64,000 bases of DNA from a virus. Taxonomy: Duplodnaviria; Caudoviricetes. The notes beneath the pieces are model-generated. The model was not told the origin of the DNA. It saw only the letters and a list, made by a program, of their open reading frames with translations, and made no database searches. Each line of letters starts with the position of its first letter. The stretch's first letter is position 1. Below, piece by piece: positions 27,508 through 36,834 of the stretch. Location of the stretch: positions 96,001 through 160,000 of the IMG/VR virus record IMGVR_UViG_2595698595_000001; one strand, written 5' to 3'. Made by a program: the position numbers and the translations under genes.

Positions 27508-28488
27508 ATGAAACTATCAATAGCTCTAACAATTCCATTTTGGAACGTACATAAATCAGAAAAAGAAAGATCAGAAAACATAGGATATTGTATGAAATCC
27601 TTGAACAAATATGCTAAATGGCATAATGAACGTTCTAAGAATACAAAACTAGATATCATACTTTGTAATATGGGTGAGGAAGTTCATCCATTATATCCTG
27701 AAGCTAGATTCTATCAACATACTGGTTTGAAATATCGTTTCGAAAAACCAACTAGAATGAATACATTGTTTCTAGATTTAGATGAATATAAATTCGTTGG
27801 TATGTGCGATCCAGACTTAATAGTTCTTGAAAGCAATTATGAACGTTTATTCGAAACTTTAGAATATGAATTAGATTTAGACGTAATGCTTACATATTCT
27901 TTCGTCAGAACAAAACCAGAGTTACGTGAACTTATATCAACTTCAGATTTTGAAACTCAACATTTAGAAAATCATCCATTAATTTTAGAAGCTAATCGAT
28001 ATTCTGAAGCTTGGGGAATCTGTGGAGGTATATTTTTCATGGGTCGTGAAGCTTTCATAAAAGTTGGAGGATTCAATGAAGAATATCGAGTTTATGGAAT
28101 GGACGATGTTGACTTTACTAATAGATTTCTGTTAAACGATTATATCGTTAAGAAGTTTCCTGAAGTATTGTTTCATCACTTATTTCACCCTAGAACTTTA
28201 GAAAATTCAGATGAAGCTGAATTGGAAAGATATAAACAGGAACTTACTTACTGGTATATCAATAAGAAAAACTTTGAAGAACAAATAGAAATTCCAAAAT
28301 CTGATAGACTTGTAAGAAATCATATTTCTGAAAGATTCTTAGAATTAGCTAAACGTGATGAAAACTTCTTAGAACATGAAGTTAAATTTACTACAGATTT
28401 AACAAAATTCGATCTAACTAGATTCCCAGAAAAATTCCAAAGACAAATAGGAATTCTTAAAGATGATCCAAATAAATTTTACGGATAA
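27508..28488 (+). CDS. GT-A glycosyltransferase (GT2/GT7-like)
   Basis: TIPFW, CDPD, GGFNEEYRVYGMDD, HHLFH. Confidence 0.8.
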   Translation: MKLSIALTIPFWNVHKSEKERSENIGYCMKSLNKYAKWHNERSKNTKLDIILCNMGEEVHPLYPEARFYQHTGLKYRFEKPTRMNTLFLDLDEYKFVGMCDPDLIVLESNYERLFETLEYELDLDVMLTYSFVRTKPELRELISTSDFETQHLENHPLILEANRYSEAWGICGGIFFMGREAFIKVGGFNEEYRVYGMDDVDFTNRFLLNDYIVKKFPEVLFHHLFHPRTLENSDEAELERYKQELTYWYINKKNFEEQIEIPKSDRLVRNHISERFLELAKRDENFLEHEVKFTTDLTKFDLTRFPEKFQRQIGILKDDPNKFYG

Positions 28489-28504
28489 GACCAAAACGAA
28501 ACAT

Positions 28505-29500
28505 ATGAAACATATTGCATTTACGATTCCATTTTGGAATGTAGGAAACGAAAAAGAAAGATTAGAAAACATAGGATACGTTAAACGTTCTTGTGACAAT
28601 TTCGCAGACTATTTCAACAAAAACAATAAGAACGATTTCAAGATAGATGTAATCCTAGCTAATCTTGGTGAAGAAATCAATCCGTTATATCCTGAAGCTA
28701 GATTCTATCAACATACTGGTTTAAAATATCGTTTCGAAAAACCAACCAGAATGAATACTTTGTTTCTAGATTTACTAGAAGAAGGATATGATTTCGTTGG
28801 TATGTGTGATCCTGATATCATACTATTCGAAGAATACTTTGAGAAGCTAACTAAGAATATCGAAGATAATCTTGATTATTTCTCAATGCTTACATATTCT
28901 GTAGCAAGAACAAAACCGGAATTACGAAAGGATTTAATTCTAGAAACTAGAGAATTTCAACATCTTTCAAATCATGAACTAATTATCGAATCTAATGCAC
29001 AAGCTGAAAACTGGCGAGTTTGTGGTGGTGCTTATTTCATGTCATTAGAATTCTTCCGTGATTTAGGAGGATGGAACGAAGATTACAGAGTTTATGGAAT
29101 GGACGATGACGATTATACTTTCAGATTCGAATTAACTGGTGGTAGCGTTGTAACAGATACATCGATTATTTGGCATCATCTTTGGCATCCAACAGTATTG
29201 GGTACAGCACCTGATTACGAATTAGAAAGATACGAATATGAATGCATGTATCGTAGACTTTCTAAGGATGTTTATGAAGAACAAATCAAATCGCATCTGT
29301 GTGATAGAACTAATCGATTGGAGCATCTTTCTGATAGATTCAATAAAGCATATAGTTATCCAGATTCATTCATTAAAGCTGCTAAGACTAACAATGTATT
29401 CAGTTACGAAATCGGTAAAAGGTCTATCGAAACTATGCCAATCGAAATCAAACGTAAATTGGGATTAGTTAATGATGATAAATTTTATGGTTCTTGTTAA
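28505..29500 (+). CDS. GT-A glycosyltransferase, paralog of 27508
   Basis: CDPD, GGWNEDYRVYGMDD, HHLWH; start 28505 by alignment to paralog. Confidence 0.8.
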   Translation: MKHIAFTIPFWNVGNEKERLENIGYVKRSCDNFADYFNKNNKNDFKIDVILANLGEEINPLYPEARFYQHTGLKYRFEKPTRMNTLFLDLLEEGYDFVGMCDPDIILFEEYFEKLTKNIEDNLDYFSMLTYSVARTKPELRKDLILETREFQHLSNHELIIESNAQAENWRVCGGAYFMSLEFFRDLGGWNEDYRVYGMDDDDYTFRFELTGGSVVTDTSIIWHHLWHPTVLGTAPDYELERYEYECMYRRLSKDVYEEQIKSHLCDRTNRLEHLSDRFNKAYSYPDSFIKAAKTNNVFSYEIGKRSIETMPIEIKRKLGLVNDDKFYGSC

Positions 29501-29509
29501 TCAAATGAC

Positions 29510-29545
29510 CCTAGTATGTAACTTTCGATACATACTAGGTACTAT
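29510..29545 (+). promoter_or_regulatory. Stem-loop promoter TGTAAC-N17-TACTAT (also contains ATACATA)
   Basis: CCTAGTATGTA/TACATACTAGG stem. Confidence 0.6.
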
Positions 29546-29574
29546 ACATTCATAATCACATATTAATATATCAA

Positions 29575-30180
29575 ATGAAATTAGTTATCGTAGAAGGAAT
29601 AGATAGAATCGGTAAAACTACATTCATATCAAATCTGAAAACAAAACTTGAAGAAACTAATTCTGATGTAATCATTGATAATAGAGTTCCGGTATGGTGC
29701 CCAAGGATAGCTTTGAATCATCCACCATATTGTTATGAATATTACAATGCTTTCGCATGGTCTCAGTTTCTTGAAATGTTGAAACTTTTCAATCATAAGG
29801 ATTCGATTATTATCATGGACAGACATCATGGTAGTTCAGAAGCTTATGGAATCATAAAACGTAAATCCATAATAGAAGAACTTTACGAATCAGTTGACAT
29901 TTTCAAAGAACGTATTCAAGAATTTGAAATCGAAATGATGAAACTTCTTGGAGAATCGAATGTTCATTATGTACAGTTTATTGCTGACAAGATTGGTATC
30001 AAGGACGATATAACGAAACTTGAAGATTTGAAATCAGTTAACAAGTATTACGAAGAAACTTTCGATAATCGTAAAATCAAAAACAAGTATCTGATAAAAC
30101 TTGAATCAGATGAAAACTTTGAAACGAACATCATGACTCATTTGGATTGGTTAAGTAAATTAATCAATGAAACTAAGTAA
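29575..30180 (+). CDS. dNMP (thymidylate-type) kinase
   Basis: IVEGIDRIGKTT P-loop; IIMDR motif. Confidence 0.8.
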   Translation: MKLVIVEGIDRIGKTTFISNLKTKLEETNSDVIIDNRVPVWCPRIALNHPPYCYEYYNAFAWSQFLEMLKLFNHKDSIIIMDRHHGSSEAYGIIKRKSIIEELYESVDIFKERIQEFEIEMMKLLGESNVHYVQFIADKIGIKDDITKLEDLKSVNKYYEETFDNRKIKNKYLIKLESDENFETNIMTHLDWLSKLINETK

Positions 30181-30215
30181 ATCAGATAAGTATAATATTC
30201 TTTTAAAATACATAT
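30168..30215 (+). promoter_or_regulatory. Tandem early (TGAAAC-N17-TATAAT) and late (ATACATAT) promoters for SSB
   Basis: 30168-30196 and 30208-30215. Confidence 0.65.
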
Positions 30216-30250
30216 ATTCATTAAACACTAAAAACCCTTAATTAAACGCC

Positions 30251-31300
30251 ATGAGTACAGAAATCCAAAACCCTTTCGCAATCTTTCAAACAAACATCGA
30301 AGACATCAAATCATTTGATGAGGTTGAAGGTGGAAATCGTATCGATTTTTCCAAAATCTTTTACGAACCAACACCCGATGAAGATGGTAAAAAGCCTTAC
30401 ATTGCTGCTATCAAATTCTTACCAAACATCTACAATCCACTTGACCCAGTTGTTCAGAAATCATTTTACAAACTAACACACCCTGATACGGGAAAACGTT
30501 TGTACTGGGATTCTCCTTCTTCAATCGGTGAAGCATGTATTGTAATGAACGAATTCTTCCGTTTGAGAAATGAAAAAGATGATGCACGTTCACAAAACCT
30601 TGCTAAGCAATATGCTCGTACTCGTCAAGCATGTGCTGTAATCCAAATTATTAAAGACCCTCAAAATCCAGAATTGGATGGTCAATTCCGTTTATTCCGT
30701 ATGCAATTAGATGGTGATGTTCACAAAGCTATCAAATCTAAAATCAAGCCTACGAAAGAGGAAATGGAACTTGATCCAGACTTGAAAGGATATGATGTTT
30801 TCAATCCATTTGGGTCACCAACTTATCGTTTAAAAGTTCTACAAACTGCTAACGGTCGTGATTTCTCTGGTTCTACTTGGCATGACACATTTGTTGGAAT
30901 GCAACTTCCAGAATTAGATAAAGAAGGTAACGAAGTTGTTAAAGATGGTAAGACTGTTTACAAACAAATCACTGCGGAAGATGCTACTAACACTGAGGTT
31001 CAAAACCGAATTGTTGAAGCATTGAAAGCTGATCACATCAACATTAAAGAACATTTCGCATATAAACCTGCGGATGCTAATCGTGTTGAACTTGTAAAAC
31101 GTGCTATCAAGAAAATGTCTAACGCTCCTGTTGATTTAGCTCCTTCAGCTGAAAGTGCACCAGATCAAAATGCTGCAAAACCTGAAGAAACTAAACAAGA
31201 AACTCCTACGGAAACTAAACCAACTGAAACAGCTCCTGAGGTTACTAAACCAACTTCCGATGATGCAAAATCAGATGTATTTGACGAATTAGGAATTTAA
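30251..31300 (+). CDS. gp32: Single-stranded DNA-binding protein, T4 gp32-like
   Basis: AAIKFLP, SPSSIGEAC, QIIKDPQNPELDGQ..LF, VFNPF, acidic tail DVFDELGI. Confidence 0.85.
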   Translation: MSTEIQNPFAIFQTNIEDIKSFDEVEGGNRIDFSKIFYEPTPDEDGKKPYIAAIKFLPNIYNPLDPVVQKSFYKLTHPDTGKRLYWDSPSSIGEACIVMNEFFRLRNEKDDARSQNLAKQYARTRQACAVIQIIKDPQNPELDGQFRLFRMQLDGDVHKAIKSKIKPTKEEMELDPDLKGYDVFNPFGSPTYRLKVLQTANGRDFSGSTWHDTFVGMQLPELDKEGNEVVKDGKTVYKQITAEDATNTEVQNRIVEALKADHINIKEHFAYKPADANRVELVKRAIKKMSNAPVDLAPSAESAPDQNAAKPEETKQETPTETKPTETAPEVTKPTSDDAKSDVFDELGI

Positions 31301-31331
31301 TCGACAATCGACAATCGTTTGGATCAATTAA

Positions 31332-31378
31332 AAAGAAGGGTTGTGTAATTTACACAACCCTTCTTTCGTTTATACATA
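31332..31378 (+). terminator. Terminator followed by late promoter TATACATA (31371-31378)
   Basis: AAAGAAGGGTTGTGTAA-T-TTACACAACCCTTCTTT. Confidence 0.8.
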
Positions 31379-31403
31379 TTTTTCAAAACGTATTATGTGA
31401 CCT

Positions 31404-32903
31404 ATGGTACTAGAATTTGTATATAACTTTTCGTTACTAAGAGTAGTAAGTGCTACTAAAGAAGAACATGAGCAATTAATGCTTATCGCTACTGGACAAA
31501 ACTATAATTTTCAGACTAAATCATATTGGGAAGAATGTTTCTATAAGAATTATGAATATCTTCCTGCAGGTATGTGGAAACGTGTACTAGAACTTAATAG
31601 AGCTAAGAATCCATGGCATGTTCATATTACTAATCTTAACGATTTCGTTAGAACTGATATTACAAAAGAAAAACTTCAAGAATGGGTAGACTCCCAGAAC
31701 CTCATATATGATCCTTATTACTATCAAGCTGATGCTTTCTTTAAATTGATAAAGTTTCCACGATCTAAAGCTGAAATCGGTACAGGTGGTGGTAAGACTT
31801 TCACAGCGTGTTTATTAGCTAGATATTACTTACAGAATATACTAGAACCTGGACAGAAAGTATTAATCGTTGTACCACGTAGAGCTCTAGTTGATCAGTT
31901 CTTATCTGACTTAAAGAAATACTGTGATGATGGATATTTGATTATCGATTCTGAATATTCTGGAGGTAGAAACTATGCTAACTCAAATGTTATCGTTGGA
32001 ACCTTTCAGACATTAAGTAATTACGAAGCTTCATTCTTTGAAGATATCGGTTGTGCTATATTCGATGAAGCTCATACAGCTAAAACTCGTTCAATTAAGG
32101 AGGAGATCATACCAAAATTACCTTGGGCTAAATGTCGCTCATTTCATGGAATGACAGGTACTGAACCTGATGACGAAATTGGTAAGCTAATTTTAGAATG
32201 TTACATAGGCCCTACATTACAGTTTACACCTACTTCAGAACTTGAAGAAGCTGGTTCTATCGTTCCAACTAAAGTTTTAATGGTTGGAATAAAACATACT
32301 AGAAAAACTGCTGAATTGTATTATACTTCACCTGAAACATCTGAACCAAATCAAAAGAGAATAGCTTTCGAAAAACAAGTAGTTCTATATAATGAAGAAC
32401 GTTTAGCATTTATAGCTGAGATTTTGAACAAACTTCAGAAATCAACTTTAATGCTATTTAATACTGTAGAATATGCTAGATACATGATGGATCATCTAAA
32501 TCATAATTCTCATAAAAAGATTCGATTGATATACGGTGCTACACCTGATGCTGAACGTCAAAGAATATTCGAAGAACTTGAGAATCATGATGATATAATT
32601 TTGTTAGCAACTTTCGGAACAATGTCAACTGGTATTTCTATTGATAACATTCACAATTTAGCTACAGCTGATGGTGGTAAATCTACGATCATTATAAATC
32701 AGTCAATAGGTCGTGGTGTTCGTTTACATAAGGATAAAGAATTCTTACGTTATATAGATTTCTATGACATTATTCCAAAATATGATCCAGATTGGGGTGG
32801 TCCAAGAACTAACGTATTTCAAAGACAGTCTGATGCTAGACGTAAGATATATGATAAACGTAAAACTGAACATAAGACTAAGATTGTAGAACTTAAGTCA
32901 TAA
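31404..32903 (+). CDS. uvsW: UvsW-like SF2 DNA helicase
   Basis: YQ, GTGGGKT, VVP..ALV.Q, DEAH, GMTGT, STGISI, QSIGRG.R. Confidence 0.9.
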   Translation: MVLEFVYNFSLLRVVSATKEEHEQLMLIATGQNYNFQTKSYWEECFYKNYEYLPAGMWKRVLELNRAKNPWHVHITNLNDFVRTDITKEKLQEWVDSQNLIYDPYYYQADAFFKLIKFPRSKAEIGTGGGKTFTACLLARYYLQNILEPGQKVLIVVPRRALVDQFLSDLKKYCDDGYLIIDSEYSGGRNYANSNVIVGTFQTLSNYEASFFEDIGCAIFDEAHTAKTRSIKEEIIPKLPWAKCRSFHGMTGTEPDDEIGKLILECYIGPTLQFTPTSELEEAGSIVPTKVLMVGIKHTRKTAELYYTSPETSEPNQKRIAFEKQVVLYNEERLAFIAEILNKLQKSTLMLFNTVEYARYMMDHLNHNSHKKIRLIYGATPDAERQRIFEELENHDDIILLATFGTMSTGISIDNIHNLATADGGKSTIIINQSIGRGVRLHKDKEFLRYIDFYDIIPKYDPDWGGPRTNVFQRQSDARRKIYDKRKTEHKTKIVELKS

Positions 32904-32968
32904 ACTTTAGTAATATTTACTTACTCAACACTTTATACATATCATATAACATCATCTATTTATTGACT

Positions 32969-33436
32969 ATGACCGAACAATTTCCAGAACATATAATTGA
33001 ATCACAAATAAAGATTTCGCACAGTGATTTATCTATTGATATGGATTACGATACTCTAATCGATGAGTATGACAAAACAGAATTTCTTGAATATTTGAAA
33101 GAAGTATTACCAAGATTAATTAATAATCTTCCAGAAAGGAAGGGAAAGGTTCAACCTGAAATTCAGGTATGTTCTAATTTCTTTATTGAATGTAAGAAGA
33201 AATTTCCAGGAATTACGGCGATGATAATATTCGACGAACTTACGGAAGTTTTAGAAATATCACCGGAATTATTACTTGCTAATTTGGCTAAACCTATCAA
33301 AAATCAATTGATAATCGAATTGAAAAGGAAGATAAGTTTAGACAAATATAACAAGAAAGTTCAAAAGGAATTCATAGAAAGAAATGGTGCTATTCAGCCA
33401 ACATTCTCATCTAGATTTCATAATCAAACTTTTTAA
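32969..33436 (+). CDS. Hypothetical protein (weak resemblance to late co-activator gp33)
   Basis: LEISPELLLANLAKPIKNQLIIEL helical pattern; TATACATA at 32934-32941. Confidence 0.35.
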   Translation: MTEQFPEHIIESQIKISHSDLSIDMDYDTLIDEYDKTEFLEYLKEVLPRLINNLPERKGKVQPEIQVCSNFFIECKKKFPGITAMIIFDELTEVLEISPELLLANLAKPIKNQLIIELKRKISLDKYNKKVQKEFIERNGAIQPTFSSRFHNQTF

Positions 33437-34305
33437 TCTTTACGTGGTAACGGTTTTATAGTAATATGTTCAGGTATTGGATTTTCAACAGTACCGTCAT
33501 AATCTGTTCTAGTTTCGAAAGAATTGTTTTTATCTTTGATGTGATGAGACCATTTAACTTTGTTCTCACCATCTGTGATATCTTCTAAATCTGGGTCAGG
33601 AATTATACCACCGTTACCATTTCCATCATTATCTGGATCACCATCGAGACCGTTACCAAATGAACCTTCTGGAGGCATTCCAACACCTGGATATTTTCTA
33701 AACAGATTATAGCTTGGATATTGTAACTGTAATGATAATTCTGTAGTTATGATTCTATTACGTCTTTCATGATCATAAGACATAGTTAGATTCTTTTCTT
33801 CTCCCATATTGAAGTTGAAAATATAAGCTCCGCTATAAGTCTTACTTAGATATGTAAATTCGTAAACGTTATGTTTAGCTAGAATCATTGTAAGAATCTC
33901 CATATATTTAAGAGCTGATAAAATGTTATCAGTTATTAAATGTAAACCGATATTCATGGTCATTGGAATCCGTTGAACTTTTGTTCTGAATTCTCTTGTA
34001 CCTTCTGACATATTAAGTTTAAACTTAGCTGTTTGATGTGGATTCGTTATTTCATCTCTCTGGAAATCGATATTTTGAATATCTAATTCGATTCTAGGTC
34101 TTTGTTGATATAATGTTTCACGGTCTCTGTTACTATCTTTGAATCCGGAATTTTGATCCATTATGAAAGCTTCATCACCAGTATTCAAAACAAATACTGG
34201 AATCTTAACAGGACCCATCCATAAAGACAAATCGTTAATCATCCCAACTAACGCATTTTCTAAATAATCGTGTGAAAAACTATCTAAAACTTTGGTAATA
34301 TTCAT
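33433..34305 (-). CDS. gp15: Tail sheath stabilizer/terminator protein, gp15-like
   Basis: PRIELDIQNIDF...RIPMTMNIGLHL pattern; minus-strand late motif at 34371-34378. Confidence 0.6.
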   Translation of the reverse strand: MNITKVLDSFSHDYLENALVGMINDLSLWMGPVKIPVFVLNTGDEAFIMDQNSGFKDSNRDRETLYQQRPRIELDIQNIDFQRDEITNPHQTAKFKLNMSEGTREFRTKVQRIPMTMNIGLHLITDNILSALKYMEILTMILAKHNVYEFTYLSKTYSGAYIFNFNMGEEKNLTMSYDHERRNRIITTELSLQLQYPSYNLFRKYPGVGMPPEGSFGNGLDGDPDNDGNGNGGIIPDPDLEDITDGENKVKWSHHIKDKNNSFETRTDYDGTVENPIPEHITIKPLPRKD

Positions 34306-34323
34306 ATAACTAATAATTCAAAA

Positions 34324-34875
34324 ATGAAAGAACTTAGAATCAAATTAGATTGGCTAATAAGTCCATTGATATATGTATTTAATGCATTGTTTTTTCCAAT
34401 CCTGATAAAGGAACTTCAGTATAATCTGAGAATCTATAAACAATGTATCGATTTCATAAAACATAAGATTCAAAACGATGAGAACTTTATCAAATTTCTC
34501 GACAATCATGAATTTGAAGAAGCTTGGTTTGGAAGATTATACGCTCAACAAACGATTCCAGAACAATTAGCAAGAAATCTATCAGATGACGATTTACATA
34601 CAGGTGTTCTACAGAATTTGGCTGAGAAACATGAGTTCTTAGTTAATCAAGGATTTCTAGAAATATTGATAATGAAAACAAAAAGAATTGATCGTGAAAA
34701 TTACTTATTGATTTTAGAAATTGCTAACTTCCAAGCAATACTTTCGATAGTTTATCATCTAATATTTTCATTGATTCTTTGGACTTTCATAGGTAGAATC
34801 ATATATGTATTTTATCTTAACGAATTGATATCGATTCTAGAACCAATCAAAAACTTCTTTATACATATCTTTTAA
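34324..34875 (+). CDS. Membrane protein
   Basis: Hydrophobic N- and C-terminal segments. Confidence 0.55.
   Translation: MKELRIKLDWLISPLIYVFNALFFPILIKELQYNLRIYKQCIDFIKHKIQNDENFIKFLDNHEFEEAWFGRLYAQQTIPEQLARNLSDDDLHTGVLQNLAEKHEFLVNQGFLEILIMKTKRIDRENYLLILEIANFQAILSIVYHLIFSLILWTFIGRIIYVFYLNELISILEPIKNFFIHIF
34371..34378 (-). promoter_or_regulatory. Late promoter ATACATAT on minus strand for gp15-like gene
   Basis: ATATGTAT on + strand, about 65 nt upstream of the minus-strand start. Confidence 0.5.
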
Positions 34876-34904
34876 TACTAATATCAAATTACATAAATAA
34901 ACAA

Positions 34905-35540
34905 ATGAACAATCAAAACGTACAGACCGGAAAAATGAAAGCTTTTGAAACTTTAGCTCCACGAACAAAAGAAGAATTACTACAACTTTATAGTAATCAC
35001 ATGGACGCTTTGGAAGCTTTCGATCAAGCTACAAACAATCTTGAAAATCTTCAATTCGATAAGAAAGGTGATTTAAAAGAAGCTTACGATTATATCATGG
35101 GTCCTCTTTTAGATACTGTTGATTTACCTTACGATGTTGCTTATATCGTAGCTAAATTAGACGATAACGCTAAATCTAAATTCATTACAAGAAATGAAAT
35201 GACTTTGATTCAAACTGTTGTTACTAAATCTACCTTTAGAGGTCGTGAAGATGGTAAGAAATTATTCAAAGCTATGACAGCTTTAGGTAAACCAATGCAA
35301 GCTATTACTGAACTTCAAATGGAACAATCTAACATTGCACAAGATCATGTTAAACTTGAATCAGCTTTTAATACTAGAGTTGCACAAGTAAAAGCTAATC
35401 GTGATGAGATCGCTAAAGTTTGGGAAGAGTTGAATCAAGATCACCCAGCTGTTGTAAGATATTACGCTGAACGTGAAGCTGCTTTAGGTAAAACTGAAGA
35501 ACCTGCTAAAGTTAAAACAATTAAGAAAGCTGCAAAATAA
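34905..35540 (+). CDS. Helical/coiled-coil hypothetical protein, late
   Basis: TATACATA at 34860-34867; own terminator. Confidence 0.6.
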   Translation: MNNQNVQTGKMKAFETLAPRTKEELLQLYSNHMDALEAFDQATNNLENLQFDKKGDLKEAYDYIMGPLLDTVDLPYDVAYIVAKLDDNAKSKFITRNEMTLIQTVVTKSTFRGREDGKKLFKAMTALGKPMQAITELQMEQSNIAQDHVKLESAFNTRVAQVKANRDEIAKVWEELNQDHPAVVRYYAEREAALGKTEEPAKVKTIKKAAK

Positions 35541-35566
35541 TTACATTTTGACATATTAAATAAAGG

Positions 35567-35599
35567 AAACGATACTGATAATTATCAGTATCGTTTTTT
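35567..35599 (+). terminator. Intrinsic terminator (palindrome)
   Basis: AAACGATACTGATAATTATCAGTATCGTTTTTT. Confidence 0.8.
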
Positions 35600-35605
35600 A
35601 GTTTC

Positions 35606-35634
35606 TGTAACTTTTTATCAATCTTTAGTACAAT
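35606..35634 (+). promoter_or_regulatory. Early/middle promoter TGTAAC-N17-TACAAT
   Basis: Heads the GT-B/TS operon. Confidence 0.6.
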
Positions 35635-35656
35635 ATTTCTATAATTCAAAATCAAT

Positions 35657-36832
35657 ATGCGTAAACTATACATACTGAAATTCGATGAATCTTTGGATGA
35701 CGTCTCATGGTATTCTAAAGATTCAGATCATTTAACAGTTTCTGAAGTTAAGAACTTTGTAGAATTTGCTAAAGACGGATTCGAAATAAATCTAATTTCG
35801 TATATATCAGAAACTAGGAAACGTGACAATCTTACATTTCTAAACGTTTTCGATTTCATAGATACCGATATAAAGGAATCAGATGTTGTAATTTTCTGGA
35901 CTGGTTACAATTATTCGACTAGAGTTAAATGTGGTGTTTATGGAACTTTATGGTATACATGTTTCGCTTCACTACATAACAAACCAGTAACCCCTTACGT
36001 TTTATGTACTGATACTAGATGTTTCATGATGAATCCAGAATTCTTCATGGATAACAAAGTTTATAGTTCAGTTATCGGTAATACAATTGACAGTTTAGCT
36101 AAATCTGTTGATAAAGTAAAATTCAAATATCTAACACAGGCTAGAAATACTGAAGAATTTAAGAATCTTGTAAGAGCTAATCGAGACGCTAATCAAAATT
36201 TCTTAGAAACTATACATATTCCAACTCACTTACTTCCATTAGTTTCTCACAGAATGGAAAATATTACATATGAACATGACAATCAATATGTTTATTATGG
36301 TAGCGCTCCAATAGATTTTAGTAAGAAACGTGATTATCGTACTGAGAATATCTTTAATCTTTTCTATGCTAATAACTTTACAAATAAAGCTAAGGGTCGT
36401 TTAATCATAAATACTAAAGCTTGTGAAGTTCCAACTCAAATTACTAGTAATATCAAAGTATCTGATAGAATACCTTATTCAGAAATAAAGAATATGCTTA
36501 ATAAATCATTCGCTTCTGTTATTCTATCTGAAGAAGCTTATCAAAAGTGTGAGTTAATACCTAATCGTTTAATCGAAGGGTTAGCTGCTAAAACGTTATT
36601 ACTAATACATGAACAAGTATTGGGAGGTCTTATGAAAACTATTCATGATATTGGTTTTTCGTTATTACAGGTTATTGATATATCCAATGAAAGAGATTAC
36701 GAAACATCTAAACAGATCGATGAGCTAGCTTCAAATCATGAATTACGTAGAAGTATTATCATCAGTAATCAAAAACTTCTGAAAACTATTTTCAATCCAT
36801 TGAATCTTACAAATACAATAAATCGACTATAA
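35657..36832 (+). CDS. GT-B DNA glycosyltransferase, T4 beta-glucosyltransferase-like
   Basis: CTDTRC; IPYSE...FASV..SE..Y....PNR..EG.AAKTLLLIH resembles the BGT C-terminal domain. Confidence 0.65.
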   Translation: MRKLYILKFDESLDDVSWYSKDSDHLTVSEVKNFVEFAKDGFEINLISYISETRKRDNLTFLNVFDFIDTDIKESDVVIFWTGYNYSTRVKCGVYGTLWYTCFASLHNKPVTPYVLCTDTRCFMMNPEFFMDNKVYSSVIGNTIDSLAKSVDKVKFKYLTQARNTEEFKNLVRANRDANQNFLETIHIPTHLLPLVSHRMENITYEHDNQYVYYGSAPIDFSKKRDYRTENIFNLFYANNFTNKAKGRLIINTKACEVPTQITSNIKVSDRIPYSEIKNMLNKSFASVILSEEAYQKCELIPNRLIEGLAAKTLLLIHEQVLGGLMKTIHDIGFSLLQVIDISNERDYETSKQIDELASNHELRRSIIISNQKLLKTIFNPLNLTNTINRL

Positions 36833-36834
36833 AA

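Noticed and set aside
31298-31318. ATCGACA short tandem repeat after SSB
   Set aside because: About 2.5 copies of a 7-mer; too short to interpret
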